Shown: positions 48,619-58,306 of the stretch, piece by piece
How the letters are laid out: each line of letters begins with the position of its first letter
How positions within the stretch are numbered: the first letter of the stretch is position 1
Source of the DNA: Fistulifera solaris
Taxonomy: Eukaryota
Direction of reading: 5' to 3'
DNA length: 64,000 nt
Assembly: GCA_030295235.1 (NCBI GenBank)
Contig: AP026151.1
Coordinates: 186,001-250,000, forward strand
Translations under genes and position numbers: made by a program
Notes under the pieces: generated by a model
Seen by the model: only the letters and a program-made list of their open reading frames with translations
What the model was told of the DNA's origin: nothing
The model's database searches: none

Positions 48619-49970
48619 ATGATGATCTCAAAGTACTTCCTTTTTGGCTTGCTGCTCAATGAAGCTGCTGCTTTTACAGCCGTTACGCACTCTTCCTTGG
48701 CCTTTACTCCTCGAAGCCATACTGCAGCGGATTCCTCCGGTAGCGCTCTTCAAGCAGTTTCTGTGGAGAAGACCAAACACACTCTTTACTACGTCGAGTC
48801 CATTAACCAGATAAAAGACGGGAAGCCACAATGGTCAGAAGAGATCGATGCCTACACATTGACGAACAGCAAGGGAGTGAAGGTTACAGGTATGCCACGC
48901 GGTGCAAATCTTTGTGATCTCACTCTCGGAGACACGAACTATGTCTGGGAGAACAAGGCAGGAGGGGCATATTATGGCCCATTCAGCAACTCTTTTCCTC
49001 TTTCTCGCGGTCTCATTTTGAACGGTGGTGTCCGCTTTGCGGCGGTCACCGCCGAGCATGGTTTGTACTATGACACCGATTGGGAGATGTCTACTGATGT
49101 TTCAGGGGAAGGCGAGGCCAGTATCATCTTTCGGATCCAAGACACCATGGAACAGCGTTTCAAGGTCAAGGACCCCTTTCCGTCGGTCAGTTTAATCGTG
49201 CGGATGGCGCACAGTCAACGACTGCTACTGGACGAATGACCAAGTATCCTGTCACGAACATGATTTTCATTTTCAGAATTACTCTCAAGGACGATGAGGA
49301 CTTTGTTCGCCTATCCATGACTGTTGAGAATCCCACGCGCAAATCATGCAATGCCGAGGCGTGGGTCCCGATGACATTCCCCATCGACAAGAATTCGCAA
49401 ATCCTTTCGCGTCAAGTAACTCGATGGAGGCGCGATGAATGGTGGAATGGATTCGTACCAAACGTAATCAACTGGGCCGACATCAACACTTTCAGCGACG
49501 ACCCGAAAGTTGATTTTAACAAGCCGCTCAGTTGGCCGAAGTCAGGAATCTTTTACGATTTCCCCCACAAGCAAGGCTTGTACCACGGCTGCACCATCGA
49601 CAAACCTGGCAAGGGCATTGTTTACTATGCTCCGGAGGGAAAGCCGCATTACACAAAGATGTGGGGCTGGGGTAATCCCGACAATTTCGTCAGGGAAGAA
49701 GCGGAAAAGAACGATCCCCTCGCGGCAGGACGACCGGCAACGGAATATTACGAGCCATGGAGCAGTGGATTTAACTTTGCATTCTTTCAAACGGCCGAGT
49801 TCAAGCCTATGACAAGGTACAACTGGGAGATCGCCTTAGTGCCCGTTCCCGATGGTCTCGAAAATTCAAAATCGCTCGAAGAAAAGCTTGAGGTCGTTGA
49901 CAACTACATTGATGCTCGCATCGAGAGCCTCTCCACAGTGGCCGACGTGACGGAAACACTTATTGAATAG
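48619..49970 (+). CDS. Probable plastid-targeted galactose-mutarotase-fold / DUF5107-like protein; frameshift near 49185
   Basis: Signal peptide ending AAA-F; YTLTNSKGVKVT..RGANL; GGVRFAAVTAEHG; KMWGWG; YYEPWSSG. Intronless. Confidence 0.55.
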
Positions 49971-50358
49971 GGAAAATTGATTGACACACACAGTCGATTT
50001 GCAATTTAAGCACAGATAAGGCTTTTAAAAAATCAACTTGATTTCATTGTCGTTCCCTGGATTGATTAACTGTACTCCAGCAGGATGAATTGTTTCTTGA
50101 AAGAGGTCGAGCACGCAAAATTGAGGAATTCTCTCTCGTACTATAGCTCTCATCTAACTTTTTCTCGGTCGTTAAGACGAGGCAACAGACTGAAATGAAA
50201 CCATCGTATCATCACCCCTCTTTCGTCTTGGAGCAACTCGCGCATCCGAATCACGAAAGTGGGAAAAGGCCACAATTAAACCTGCGCGAAGAACCGCCGT
50301 TAGGCGCTTCATTTATTTGTCCTTTTCCATCATCACCCAAACTTAGCAATTGAATAAT

Positions 50359-51060
50359 TCATGAAAAGTCCACATTCTTGGTTTCACAATGATCCGCGAA
50401 CTGCAAATAACAACGCAAATACACATCTTGTACTTGATCTTGACGATACAATTCCACTAAATTGGTGGTCGCAAGTACTTTGTCTTGTTGTAAATTTCGT
50501 TGCCATCGCTCAAGTTCTTTCATAAGAGCCGGGCATATCTGTCGTGTCATGGCCGAAGAAGGATGGGTCGCCGGAAAGTGGGCAATTTGTTCTAACGTTT
50601 GCACACGTCTCCACAAATACACCGTCATACCCAAACACGTACAGGAAGCGATGTCCAAAAAGAGATCAAATCGTTTCCATTTCGTTGATTCTCGCTTCAG
50701 GTCGGCTTGGAACGGAGTAAAGAAGACAGGACTTGGTTTTCGGTGCCATGCCGATGGTTGAAAAGGACTGGCAGACGACGCCAACGGTGGCGATAAGAGA
50801 CGCGGCAGTAAACGGGCTCGCACACTCCTTAATGCGATAAACGACACGATACCAGCACCAACACCACAGAGGGTGTCCCCAGGACCGAATAGACGGTCAA
50901 GGAGAAAGCGGTGTTCTGTAGGAGGAGATGGTTCGTGGAAGGTATGAATCGTTTCCTGCCAAACTCTTTGCAAGGCTGATGAGATTTGCTTTTCTTCCAT
51001 GGGAGTGAGACGTTGACGTCGTGATTGTTTCGCGGTAATACTTCTCGCAGGTGGATTCAT
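50359..51060 (-). CDS. Uncharacterised 2-TM protein, CP/NC family paralogue 2
   Basis: GVGAGIVSFIALR; SPFQ; second TM; QICPALMKEL; QFADHCE. Confidence 0.65.
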   Translation of the reverse strand: MNPPARSITAKQSRRQRLTPMEEKQISSALQRVWQETIHTFHEPSPPTEHRFLLDRLFGPGDTLCGVGAGIVSFIALRSVRARLLPRLLSPPLASSASPFQPSAWHRKPSPVFFTPFQADLKRESTKWKRFDLFLDIASCTCLGMTVYLWRRVQTLEQIAHFPATHPSSAMTRQICPALMKELERWQRNLQQDKVLATTNLVELYRQDQVQDVYLRCYLQFADHCETKNVDFS

Positions 51061-51379
51061 ATTGCAAAAGCAAGCTATAACGTTTCTGATTTGGGTTCAC
51101 AGAGCTTGTGAACATGATGATGTATGGCGAGTGCGGCGAGTGTTTCTCTCGTCGCATAGCAAAAAAATAAAAATAAAAATTCTGTTCGAAGTAGACTACA
51201 AACACCACTCACCCAGATATTCTGCTTACTGATGAAACACCAACAGCTTTTCCCATCTTCGGAGCTTGTTGTCGACAAGCCTTCAGAATTTTCGTCTGCT
51301 TAAAAATAAAAAACTTGTTTTCACTAGACTAAAAAAAACTGGTACCTGGTACCGTACCTGGTATTGTCAAAAAAATGTA

Positions 51380-51650
51380 AGCATCAACTTTCCACGACTG
51401 CTTTTCAGTCATGAATGTTTATTCTTTAGGGTAACAAATAACAATATTGCCTACAAATAATTCGTTCTTGAGTTCTTTTAATCATTGCTGTGATAAAATA
51501 GGCTTTATCAGCGATATCATCACACGCCATTAGATTTTTACGTCGAAGAGCCTCGCGAAGAGACTTTGTCTTCTGTTTTATTTACTATTGGCCAAAAATG
51601 TTGTCCGTTTTCCCCACGACTGCATTTCAGTCATGAGCCTCTCTTATTGT
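51380..51650. repeat. Family A ~222-bp tandem repeat, opposite orientation to 470-930
   Basis: CCACGACTG-N5-CAGTCATGA at 51392 and 51614. The segment near 51565-51600 matches the reverse complement of 725-755. Confidence 0.75.
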
Positions 51651-51870
51651 TTTCTTCTATTATGGGGCACTTGAAAATTTCGATCTTTCAGATTTTCTGG
51701 ATACGTGGATACATTATCTCCCAGATTTTCTGGAAACGTAAAAACACCATAAATAGGCTCAGATCGCACGCCAACAAATTTGCAAGGTTACTTCGATTGT
51801 CAAAACTTGGTCTAAACATCACGTTTTCATTATTACAAGTATTCACTAATCTTCTTTCATAATCAATAAA

Positions 51871-52430
51871 TCAACGCACCGGAATAAGAGACAGCAGCTT
51901 CTTCGGCTTCTGTTTAGCGGCACACGCGGAGCACTGCGGATAAAACTTTTCCAACATTTCTCCGCCGAAATATTTCACAATCTTGACTCTCCAACGACTG
52001 TGAATGCAAGTACGATCCGGCAAGTAATCAATCTTTTGAATTCCCCACAGAAGAAGTGATAGAATCTTTGATAAAGGGATGACCAGCTTCGCATTTGTGG
52101 CAGCCGTAATCTTCTCCGATCTCTTGTATCTTGGCTTCGACTTTCTTGCGGTTTTTATTGGAAACAAAAGACTCCGTCGAAGGGGCGCGCACGCCCTTTA
52201 CAGCAAATGAACCCGGACGTTCCAGCGTCGCGGTGCGGAAGCTGTGGTAAACAAGACTAGTGCATGAGAACAAAGTGTTTTTCGCGTTTGTGAAACAGAA
52301 GAGTGTCGAACTTACATTCGAGCGAGGACAAGAGTCGGTCGAGTTAAGAACATCTTTAACCAAGAGAGGTTTTTTGAAATCTTTGGTCGAAATGATGAGC
52401 TTATACAGAAAAGCGAATGCGAGAAACATT
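51871..52430 (-). CDS. HNH/zinc-finger toxin-nuclease-like protein, copy 1 (frameshifted; 5' end uncertain; possibly a pseudogene)
   Basis: RPGSFA..KIQEIGEDYGCHKC, then a shifted frame gives DYLPD...KFYPQCSACAAKQ. Confidence 0.55.
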
Positions 52431-52774
52431 GTTGAAACAAAAGAAAAACCGGCCTTTGCACGACTCCTCGACGGAAACGGACAGCCACCACGAACGGCAC
52501 CTCAAGAGCAAATTAGGTTGCGTGAAACAACTGCTAACGGATACACTATGACTAGAGAATGCATAGGAGTATCAAAGATTCGGTCTAGATCGGCCTATGC
52601 AATGGCTTATCATCGGTCGTTTGTTACTACTACGTACTATCTACCGGTTAGAGACGATCGATACTTGATTTACCAGGCTCGAGAGATCCGAGCTTCCTAT
52701 CTGTCATACTTCATAGCTTGACCGTTCACTATTGTGATCAACCATAACCATGGCTCGAAAATCGACACCGGATA

Positions 52775-53125
52775 TTATTTCCTTGGAACTATTTGTTTGC
52801 AGAATGCAGTATGTTTCTTTGAACATTCGGGGCATTGCGGATAAAGCTGCTGTTTCGTGTCCGTTCCATCGTGCTCCAGTTTCTTCATCATACTGTTGGA
52901 TGGCAAACGATTTGCGCAAAACTTGAATGTTTTGGGTTCGCCACGCAACAAACGATGAAGCAGGTTATATAGCCAAGAGCCAGCGCCGCATGTGTGGCAA
53001 CCATATTTATGCCCAATATCCTGGATCATCTTTCGTTGTTTCGGCGTCGCGTACTTGTTTGTGGCCGGTAAGCTCTTTGCTGCAAATAAACCAGGCTCTC
53101 CGTAGTTCAAAGCACGCTGTACCTG
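52775..53125 (-). CDS. HNH/zinc-finger toxin-nuclease-like protein, copy 2 (upstream exons unresolved)
   Basis: PGLFAAKSLPATNKYATPKQRKMIQDIGHKYGCHTCG...LYPQCPECSKK. Acceptor at ~53123, donor at ~53204. Confidence 0.6.
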   Translation of the reverse strand, partial: QVQRALNYGEPGLFAAKSLPATNKYATPKQRKMIQDIGHKYGCHTCGAGSWLYNLLHRLLRGEPKTFKFCANRLPSNSMMKKLEHDGTDTKQQLYPQCPECSKKHTAFCKQIVPRK

Positions 53126-53565
53126 GAAGCGACAGCTATAGGTAATGGTCAGATTTCAACAAATGTGGTGTTGAGAAGCAATATGATCGATATAAATTAC
53201 TTACGCTTGAAGGATGATTTTGCTTAAAGTAACAAACATTCTTAGATAAAGAAGCGACTATGAAAAACGATCGAATTTATGCGAACAGAAAGAAATGGCT
53301 AAGCTCCGGTAAAAATCGTGGAATATACCTTGAATGCGGCGGCCGTATTGGACTGGACGGAATCGGACTGCTGAAAACGGCTTTATTGACAACACGATTC
53401 AAACGACGAGGCATACGTTCACCTTGTGCTGTACATAACTATGCTCCCATATAAATTTAAATAGCTTCTCCTTCATCATACTGAGTTCCTAGCGTCAGCT
53501 GCCACAGCAAGTTCGACGCCTTTGATGCGGCGATTGCTATAGTATTTATATCCGCAATCTTTGAT

Positions 53566-54494
53566 TTACGCTCGGCCGTGTTCATTTTGATCACTTGTCG
53601 TTGCTTCGGCCCAGATTTCAATTGACCAATCTTCTTCCTTCTCGCTCGATAGCTCTTTCTCGGTTAGCGCGTTGCAGGAAGGTGTCGTTTGAGGTGATTC
53701 CCCAGTAAGATCCAGACCCGATTCCAGCTTCAAACCACGTGCATGAAGCCTTCGAAGTTCGCAATTGTTTCCAAAGTCAGCAAATGCGTTGAAATACACG
53801 CTTTCAACGTCCTTCTTCCGTTCAGTACCAGTACCTATTTCCATATCATACCCGTATCCCAGATTCTTGAGCTCTCTCAATACGACTGGACAAATTTCTT
53901 CGGATATCACTGAGTGACCCTGTAAAAGTGGAATTGTGGAAAATTCGTCCAATATAGTCTTCATATCAATGAATTGGATAGATGTCAGCATGGCAATTGA
54001 GGTGCATAGCGCTCCATCAACGAAGAAACCGAGGTATCCCCACCAAGTGTATTGTTCGCATCGAGTACTTGCATCGTAGCTTGTGCGTGCATTTTTCCCT
54101 GACGACCAACGCTGGACAATGAGGGAACAGCTTCCTGTTGTTGCCGGTGAAAAGGACTGTTATGAACACCATCCAAACGACCTGACGGCGCAGAAAAATT
54201 CTGCCTTTGACGATTCAAAGCGGAGCGGCGTAAGTACCGTAGGAAAATGAACGACATTACTCCGACAGTGAAACCTTGAGCGCATGCTGACAACACAGCG
54301 GTGTTGAGTCTCTTTAAGATTACCTTTTCTTCATCTCCGAATGTTAAAGTAGATCGCTGATATCGCATTGTATGAACTTTTCTTCGCAACGCTTCGAGTA
54401 TCAAGCCGACCGTCTCGGCCCTCTTGCGATCTTCTTCAATAGCTCCGGTATTACGGTGCTGCTCCGCGTTTATACCGTTCTTATCGTTGGGCAT
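53566..54494 (-). CDS. Uncharacterised 2-TM protein, CP/NC family paralogue 3; frameshift near 54040
   Basis: EEKVIL..QGFTVGVMSFIFLR; SPFH; IPLLQGHSVISEEICPVV; FGNNCELRR. Confidence 0.65.
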
Positions 54495-54945
54495 ATCGAA
54501 AGAGAAAAGAAAAGGACAAGGATAATGTTGCATGCGTTGCAAACGACAGTGACGGGCATGGTGCTGCCCCCCGGTGCCATTTGCAGTTACTGGTAGCAGC
54601 TGTTTAATCTCTCCACCTTGTGGGAGTTGATTTTTTCTCTCTTGCGTGGTATTGTGTGTTATTGTGCTGTGTTGTTCGGCTTCAACATCATTATACTGGT
54701 ACAGTAAGGTTTATACGTTTCGGCGTGGGAGTTGTGCCCCGCTCGCGCACGCAGCAGTGCATTTTGCGACGATGAAGGTTTGGTCTTCCTCGGTTATAAG
54801 TAAGGTTAAGGATAGTTCAGGGCATACATTTCCTTCAATAGTAAACGTGCTCTAGGCGCTATACTACTAGAACGTGTACGATTCGTCGTCGCAGCATCAA
54901 TCATTCCCGGAAAGGGAAAGGATGATGAACGCGACCTTATTAGCA

Positions 54946-55104
54946 CTAGCCGCCTTCGGCGTCTAGCCCCTGCAGGGCTTTTTTTCGTTCTCGCCCTTCC
55001 CGCAAGCGGGGGGCTCGATCCCCGGGGATAGCGTCACACCCGGGACTGAACAACCGGGACCGACGTGACACACACACACACACGGACAGCGCGCTATAAA
55101 TAGA
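54946..55104 (-). mobile_element. Non-autonomous Helitron-like element, copy 2 (159 bp)
   Basis: Identical to 1173-1333 apart from a 3-bp and a 1-bp indel. TC...hairpin-CTAG ends in an A|T site. Confidence 0.75.
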
Positions 55105-55202
55105 TAAATAGATAGATTAGACCTACTGGTACCAGTAAAACGCAGCAGGTCCCAATCATTATTTCAAACAAAGGCATCGATACTGATTCAAACAATAACT
55201 TT

Positions 55203-56204
55203 ATGATTGTAGATTATGGAGACAAACGACGTAAAGAGACAGCATCCCTAGGCTCGGCCCTGGGAGAAAACGACGTCCATTTTGGCACTGGTTATTTAAT
55301 CAACACTCTTCGAAAGAGAGGCTCAGGACTTTATCAACAGCTCATCAAGAGTAACAGCGAAAGATACAAAGAATGCCCTAACAATGCAAAACGTTCTTTC
55401 GCAGTTGAACATGTCATTTTGCCAATAAAAGCCTCTGGAGGCCGCTTTCTGGAGCTCAGCGACAGGAATCTTTGGGAGGAAGTTGAATCCGACGAGACAA
55501 TAATTAAGAAAGTTATGCAAGCTCTTCGAGATGTCAACAAGAAAAGGGTTGAAGGTGTTGGTAAGTACCTGTTTATAGATCAATTCTAGCAGCTCATATT
55601 TCCATGACTTAGCCACCAAATATTGTTTTAGAGAAAAGTGACGCGAATACGGGGAAAGCAAAAATCGATTTTGTGGTGAATGCTGGCGAAAACAAGTCAA
55701 CGTTGGTGGAGGCCGGAACGGGTCTAGCGGAAGACCTCGACGTCGAAGCAAGGGATCAAGAACCTACGGTTGCTCTCCCTCTTGAGAAAAAAGGCAGCTT
55801 TTGAAGAATGGCATGAAACTAAGGCGATGCAGGCTGAAGGCGATGTTGCTGATGTCTTTAAAAAAGGCGCAGAGGATTACGACGATGAGTTGACTTCCTT
55901 GTGGCGTTCAATGGAATTACTTGACACTAATGCTCCAACGACATGGAGCAATAGTACGAGCAACTCGTCTGACAGCTGTGGAGACTATCATGCGGCAAAT
56001 CAAGTTGTCCGTTTAGCGCTCCATAGAGTAGAGACCCGAATTCAGTCGTTGAACTCGCAACTAAGCGTTGCATTTGAAAAGATTGAAGAGCTTCTTTCCA
56101 AGAACTTTAGTCTTCGCAAGGAAAACGCACGACTGGAAGAATCGAATCGAGAATTAGTTCAGCAGGTATCTTTACTTCAGTCGGAAAAGAGCGGCTTCAA
56201 ATAG
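55203..56204 (+). CDS. DUF6824-like domain protein with coiled-coil C-terminus (intron from 55561; probable frameshift)
   Basis: ENDVHFG..Y..LI....Y....K..GGRFL..WEEV....KKVMQALRD is the typical diatom DUF6824 pattern. Confidence 0.65.
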
Positions 56205-56753
56205 CCCTGTCGACTAATGGTGTCGAACTAGTGAAAAGGACACATTTTGAAGCAGCCTAATCACTTAAGTAATTTGTGTATCCAGAATGAAAAGAATGCT
56301 TTAGACTGGATTACTATTGGCCTAGGCGGAGCTACATTATCCGTAAAAGCAGCGGGAGGATCATGGTTCATGGTGTATCGTAAACTGATCGAACAATCGA
56401 TGTTAATGTGGCAGCCCACCATGCTTAGGTCTAGTTATTCAAACAAAGTTGCCCCCACAATCATCTAGTACCCCTAGCTCATTTGATACAGAGAACCGAT
56501 GTCACACAAATTGCTCGCCCGAGCCGCGTCGTGTTTGACGTACTGAGATAAGGGAAGCACGCAATCCAATCTAGAATACAGTATTGCGGACTACGCGAGT
56601 AAGTATTAGCTAAGCGAGTTCCAAACTCTGCCTATTAAATCTATTATGGGTCACCAATCCTACGCATCGGATAAGCTTGTAAGCACCGCGAAGTCCTCCA
56701 CAGAAAACTTCGGCATTCAAAACATTCGTGTCCACGAATGAGCGACCACTTTC

Positions 56754-57476
56754 TTACGGTTTAGCAGCGCTGCGACGTCCAAATCCTAACATCATTCGAG
56801 AGACTTGTTCTTTAAACGAAATCATGCATTCATGGAGGGACTGGAGTAATTTGTTGGGAGGAGGTGGCTCGGGCATGGGCAAGCTTTGTTCGACACAGTG
56901 CTGACATTCTTTTTATAAACAACTCTTGCAACGGTTTCTCGATGGAATCTTATAAAGGCCCGTCCTGTCATTTCCGAGGTAAAGAAAAAACCAAACAGAC
57001 TACCCAATATCCTACCCGCCGTTTTACTATTTCCCAAACGATTTCCAGCAATGCAACCAACGATCCCCCCGGTGAGCAAGAACACTCCCAAGGTAGTGGC
57101 GAAAGCATCTTCAGAAAGACTTGCCACTATCTCATCGAATGCATCACGGTACGTTTCGTACGGCTTTGCTGGTGTTTCCGTGCCATCGTCTTTTTCAAGG
57201 CACGCCTTGAAAGTGGCATCGTATTTTGCACGCCGTTGTTCATTCCCGAGTGTATGGTATGCTCGTCCTATTTCTAGAAACATTGTCTTGGCTTCTTCCG
57301 CGCGTGTCGGATTTTTATCTGGGTGATACTGGTGAAGGAATCAGTATTTTCCATGAATGAAGAGAGGAACAGTGACGGCTTACCTTCAACGATAATCGTA
57401 GATACTCTTGGCGTATGGTCTTTGAGTCCGCAGATGGATCGACCCCTAAAATTTCATAGCACGATCGGACCGACAT
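56754..57476 (-). CDS. DnaJ-domain membrane protein (intron 57329-57383; frameshift near 56910)
   Basis: MSVRSCYEILGV..YLRLSLK|YHPDKNP..AYHTLGNEQRRAKYD, then a Gly-rich TM hairpin. Confidence 0.8.
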
Positions 57477-58306
57477 GGTCGGAAAAATGGACTGCTATAA
57501 TGTCCAAATCGTGCTTGCTATCAGCACGTATCCCGTTGGATGAGGCAGAGCGTACGACGACTTGTACGGTGATAATGAATGCTGCGGAAGCGTCTCCGGA
57601 ATTTTTAAACGGGTTTAGGGCTGCGGAGCGTTTCCGGAAATCATGAACGGTTTCATCAGCTCTCCCATTTCTCGTTGGCCATTTACCCGGTAGATGATGA
57701 TGACTTCGATGATGATTTCGATGATGATTTTCTCTCGCGTGAAAATGCCACATGCAGAAAAAGAAAAGTTCACCGCGAAAGCGGGAGAGGCGGGCGACGA
57801 CGAGTGATGACTTCCTCGTCGGAAAACAGTTGTTTCCGTTGAAATTAATGCTGTATATCTTGGCAAGTCGGATTGAGTGCCGGGCTGATTATTTTAATAC
57901 TTATTTCCTTATAAAAGAATGTGGGTCTAAGGATATTGTACTACCTGGTACTTGTACCTATTGTACTCCAGAAAAAACAAAGCACTCGCCCAAAACTCCC
58001 ACAGGGGGAGACTTCCGTTAGGTCTCCAACCAGGGTGAACCTCTTCCGATAGCTCTCCCGTTAGGAGAGACGTTAACTGACTACATTCAACTTTACAGTA
58101 GAGTACGCGCCATTGGATGTGGTACTAATTACTTAAAGGCCTTCCATCCATCATTAGTTCTACTTAGGTCACGCACAATAACCGCACAATCGTTCGCGTT
58201 GTGCGCTTTGTTCCGCTCCGACTGCCGACAAGATGATCAGAACGCTGCATTCCTTATTGTCATAGTTGCCCTTCCGTTCCTACTGTTGCTCTTTTACAAC
58301 ATTAAC

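Noticed and set aside
1173..55104. The two 160-bp repeats as LTRs or ends of one 54-kb element
   Set aside because: No TG..CA ends, no TSD, no retroelement genes between them, and each copy has its own complete Helitron-type termini.
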